Source of the DNA: Selaginella moellendorffii
Lineage: Eukaryota; Plantae; Lycopodiophyta
Direction of reading: 5' to 3'
Assembly: GCF_000143415.4 (NCBI RefSeq)
Contig: NW_003314300.1
Span: 812,977 to 876,976, forward strand
Length of the DNA stretch: 64,000 nucleotides
Shown: piece by piece, positions 59,901 through 64,000 of the stretch
Layout: each line of letters starts with the position of its first letter
How positions within the stretch are numbered: the stretch's first letter is position 1
The notes under the pieces: model-generated
Told to the model about the DNA's origin: nothing
Databases searched by the model: none
The model's input: only the letters and a program-made list of their open reading frames with translations
Position numbers and translations under genes: made by a program

Positions 59901-62176
59901 GTAGTTACCTTCTACCAGTTTAACAAATTATCTTGCATCTTTTGCTTAGTTGCCTCATAGTTGTCAAGTCCTATAACTCATTGCTAGTGCTTCCACAACT
60001 CTATCATTGTTTTGGTCACCACACTCTACCACATGCCTTCCAACTTATGCTATGCCCTTCCCATTTCCGTTGGGATTCCCTTTGGCAAGGGGTTCTTATG
60101 AACCTACCAACATAACCTCAAAGTATCACACCTTGACACATTTGGTATCTCCACACCATTGGCCTTACAAGCTTATCTTTATGACACTACTTATTAGCGT
60201 CTAGGTCTTTGCCAAGACCAATATGGTTGTTCCTCATGCTAACTATCCGTTAGCACCACACCATAGTGTTTGTAGCCAACTCTGGGCCAAAGTTGTTTTC
60301 TTATAGGAACATCTTTCCCACAACTTTAGTATGGCACATTTTGCCATCAATAAGATACCTACTGTTCTCATACTTGGACCTTATGATCCTCCTCATACCT
60401 CATGGGCACCATACACCTCAGTCCAAATGCTTTAACCAATCCCTTAGAATTATTCCTTGACTCTTATTTGAGTCATCCAACTTTTTGGACTTTATCATCC
60501 AACGACCCGTGAGGTCCTACCTTTGAGGTGCTAGCTTGCTGGAATACAACTTCTTGTATTCAGGTCCTACTCACAAGGACCATCTTTGCAAGTGTTATTC
60601 CGACACTTGATTTGTTCTCTTGGGGCAACCTTTTGCCCCTTAGGACCACTTATCCATGTGATGAGAATACCAACTCATCCTCTGAGTACACCCCCAACTC
60701 TTTGGGTTGTTCCAGCATTTATTAGAGGTAGCCCCGGCTACCATTTCAAGGACTTGTGTCCTCTTCTGTATTTGACCTCCCATGGTCATCAATTCTGGTC
60801 TCAAAGTTATGAGCACTAGCCTCAACTATATGAGGGTAATCTTGTGACTCCTTTATTGTTTTAGAGTCTGCATCTTTCCCGTGATCTCAACTATAGTTGT
60901 TTACCACAACTATGTTAGCCCGTTTGCTGCATCAAACGCTCATCTAGATCACATCCTCACTCAATGAGGAAAGCCTTACACTATTCCCAAGATCCCAAAG
61001 TCATTCCATCATTGACCCTTTTCTATCCACCACCTTGCCTACAAGTTCACATGTGAACTGTAGTGGAGAGCCATGTCTTCCCGACTTGCTACTCCTCAAG
61101 GACAAGCCCACTCCTAGGACCTTCCGATGCCAACACTAGTGGTGATATACTTCAGCACCAATAAAAGTCAGACTAAGGAACAACTCCGATACGAAATTGT
61201 AAGTGACTAAATTTTCCATTCTACTTTAGTCACTTAACCACACCTCTGACCACTTGGAGGTGTCTCATTCACAACCTCCTTAAGTCCAATTTAGGACTTG
61301 AGACTTGCTAGTCCCGAGAATGGCATCCATGCCACTCAACCCTTGCACTTGGTCCAAGTGCTCCATGTGTCCAGTCCCAAGACCGACACCCAAAGGTACC
61401 ACTGACATATCGGCCTGTTACGCTAAAGCCATGCCCATTCACCTTTGCTGCACTGGTGGTCCAATACCACTTGCATCACAATCCCGTCTCTCCAAGATTG
61501 GGCCGTCCGTCCACGAGTGGTCATCCCAGATCCACTCCTGAGCATCCTTAGGATGCCCACAGACATGGGGAATAGCCTTCCCCAACATCCCTTTGTCAGT
61601 TCCTACCAAGTCCCTTTTTCGCCCATGGCCATGTTCACCAACACTGCCACTAGATCAAGGCCCGCAGGCCCGGCCATTAAGTCCCATTGTCCTCTAAGAC
61701 TTCCTCACCATATGACCGTGTCTGTAGTCACTACACTAGAGGATTGCTCCTCCTCCTTTCCCCCATTTGGGACTTCGGGACAACATTTCGAAACACCGTG
61801 GCCTTACATGAGCCCCGTGGGTACTCTCCCCACCTTCCGCCTTTAGGTGCTCTAGCCATGGGCTTAGAGCGAGGTTCTGTTGAGCCACACCAGGTATCCA
61901 AGTAGGTAGTGCCACCTACACTTGGACTGGGAGCATCGGCCAATCGATCTCCCGGGGGAACTAGAGCCAGCTTTTGAACACTTCACCAAACTACTCTGCT
62001 TGTCGGTCCATATTCACTCTAGTCTTGGACTTCCCAGTGGTCAGTTCATCACCCAACACTGGTCTGGCCTTCCTGGGCCAAACTGGCTCCACTACAGTCC
62101 TCCCCCTTACTATACTTTTGGAGCTCACCAAACCCCCCAGGGTCTGGGAGACAAACACTTTGGGCTTTCACCCTCT

Positions 62177-62695
62177 CAGACTCGAACTCGGACTCGGACT
62201 CGGACTCGGACTCGGACTCGGACTCGGACTCGGACTCGGACTTGGACTCGGACTCGGACCTGGACTTGGGCTCGGGCTCGGTCTCGGCCTTGGCCTTGGG
62301 CTCGGTCTCGGTCCCGGTCTCAATCTCGGTCCCGGTCTCGATCTCGGTCTCGGTCCCGGTCTCGGTCTTGACCTCGGACTCCATCTCGGGTCCTTCTCGG
62401 ACTCCATCTCGGATTCCATCTTGGGTCCATCTCGGACTCAATCTCGGACTTCGTTTCAGTCCATCTCGGACTCCATCTCGGACTCCATCTCAGGTCCATC
62501 TTGGACTCCATCTCGGACTCCATCTCGGATCCTTCTTGGACTCCATCTCGGACTCCATCTCGGACTCCACCTTGGGTCCTTCTTGGACTCCATCTCGGAC
62601 TCCATCTCGGACTCCATCTCGGACTCCAACTCGGGTCCATCTCGGACTCCATCTCGGACTCCAACTCAGGTCCATCTCGGACTCCATCTCGGACA
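62177..62695. repeat. Matching hexamer/dodecamer array in the second LTR
   Basis: Direct reading; unit numbers differ from the first LTR. Confidence 0.92.
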
Positions 62696-64000
62696 CTTCC
62701 ATGTGTCATGTGTTGGTCCTTTTGGGTCCCTTTTTGGAGCCTCGTTTATTGCTCGCTTCATGCTTGTTCCTTGAGCACTCTGTTGGGAGTTCCACTCCCG
62801 CTCTCAACCTTTCAAGTCGGAGCCTTTTAGTCCAAACGTGTTACGCTCATTTGGTTTTTGCTTCGGCCACTACCACGTGGCACCCTTTGGGCTCCACTTT
62901 GGGGCTTAGGGATTTGTGTCTCACACCTCATTGACTTCATACGAGTTTTTATAAATGACTTTAGTGTCTTCAGTAGCAAAGAACAATATCTCCAACATCT
63001 CGAGAAGTACTTCATCAGATGCCAAGAGAACAATATCGCCTTAAACCCTAAGAAATCTACCTTCTTCGTCAAATCTGGCATTCTACTTGAACATATTGTC
63101 TGCAAAGAAAGCATCCTCATCAACAAAGCCAAGACACTTGCTATCATCAACATGCAATATTTAATAAACATCACTGAATTACGATCCTTCCTTAACAAAA
63201 TGGGATACCATTGATGCTTCATCAAAGATTACATAAAGATTGCAAAACCCCTCATAGAGCTTTTGAAGAAAAATCAAATCTACAATGGGACTCAAGATTG
63301 TCAACAAGCATTCAATATGCTCAAGAATTTGTTAACAAGAGCCCCAACTCACCCAACCAAATTCGGACAAAGACTTCAACACACAAGTTGATGCCTCTGA
63401 TTACGCCATTGGAGCAATACTTTTTCAACAACAATAAGACCTCAAAGATTGACCAATCTACTATGCTAGCCAAGACTCAACTTAGCTAAGATGAACTATA
63501 TCACTATCGAAAAAGAAGCCTTAGGAATGGTCTATACACTACAAAAGTTTCAACACAATCTATTTAGCACCAAAGTCAAGTTCATGGCAGACCATAAAGC
63601 ACTTATACACCTTTTCAACAAAACCATCTTTATCAGTAGAATTGCCTAATGGTTCTTATTGCTTCATGAATACAACTTTGAGATTATTTACAAACACAGC
63701 AAACAACATGAACAAGCTGACCACCTCAGCATTACAACCTGCAAACAACCAAAATACAACATGAATGACTTTCCTGACTCCAACATACTTCACATCCATA
63801 CATCACCAACATGGATAGACAACATCTACTACTACCTTACAATAGCAACAATACCAAGTCGATACTCCACCTCTAATCACTGTAAGCAATTTGTCTTGAG
63901 GACAAGAACATATTCAGTCAAGGGAGGAAGACTGTACAAGGAAGGACGAGAAACATACTACGAAGATATGTATAACTCAAAGGTTGCGCGTTAATGCTAG

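Larger units (their letters stand above)
55332..62925 (-). mobile_element. Non-autonomous LTR element (LARD-like) with 1.7-1.8-kb LTRs
   Basis: LTRs 55332-57137 and 61198-62925 (TGTAAG...CTCACA); TSD CCTCA; PPT rc ACTCCACCACCC at 57138; decayed Met PBS rc CTCCGATACGA before 61198. No gag/pol motifs seen in the 4-kb interior. Confidence 0.92.
55201..64000 (+). pseudogene. AT-rich Gypsy RT-RNase H remnant (55201-55331 plus 62931-64000) split by an LTR element
   Basis: Frame rejoins across the insertion: DQHKTTFISPWGAYAYL*MPFGLSNA...FRDYL|IDFIRVFINDF. Then VDASDYAIGAIL, IEKEALGMVY, DHKAL, ADHLS. Confidence 0.9.

Overview
This is repeat-dense eukaryotic DNA, most likely from a seed-free land plant. 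That assignment is inferred from a self-priming Tcn1-like chromovirus, a Tat-type element with an extra RNase H before RT, a moss-type MULE-like transposase and TTTAGGG repeats. No intact host gene is evident. The window is a stack of nested, mostly decayed transposons: four Ty3/Gypsy remnants, a complete chromovirus (34492-52611), two large non-coding LTR elements (22304-30427, 55332-62925), TRIMs, a foldback element and a MULE-like pseudogene. The standout is a 12.6-kb TIR DNA transposon (39075-51672, 4-bp TSD TCGT) inserted in the chromovirus integrase. It carries a Sola-like DDD transposase and a divergent multi-exon cargo gene with a ParB/Srx-like domain, a possible methyltransferase-like remnant, an acidic tract and an FCP1/NIF HAD phosphatase-like domain. 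It also carries about 20 copies of a 22-bp palindrome (ATGGCATGnGGCCnCAYGCCAT), mostly in its own introns and intergenic DNA. This is a candidate self-recognition or anti-silencing system. All family assignments come from motif recognition by eye, not database searches.
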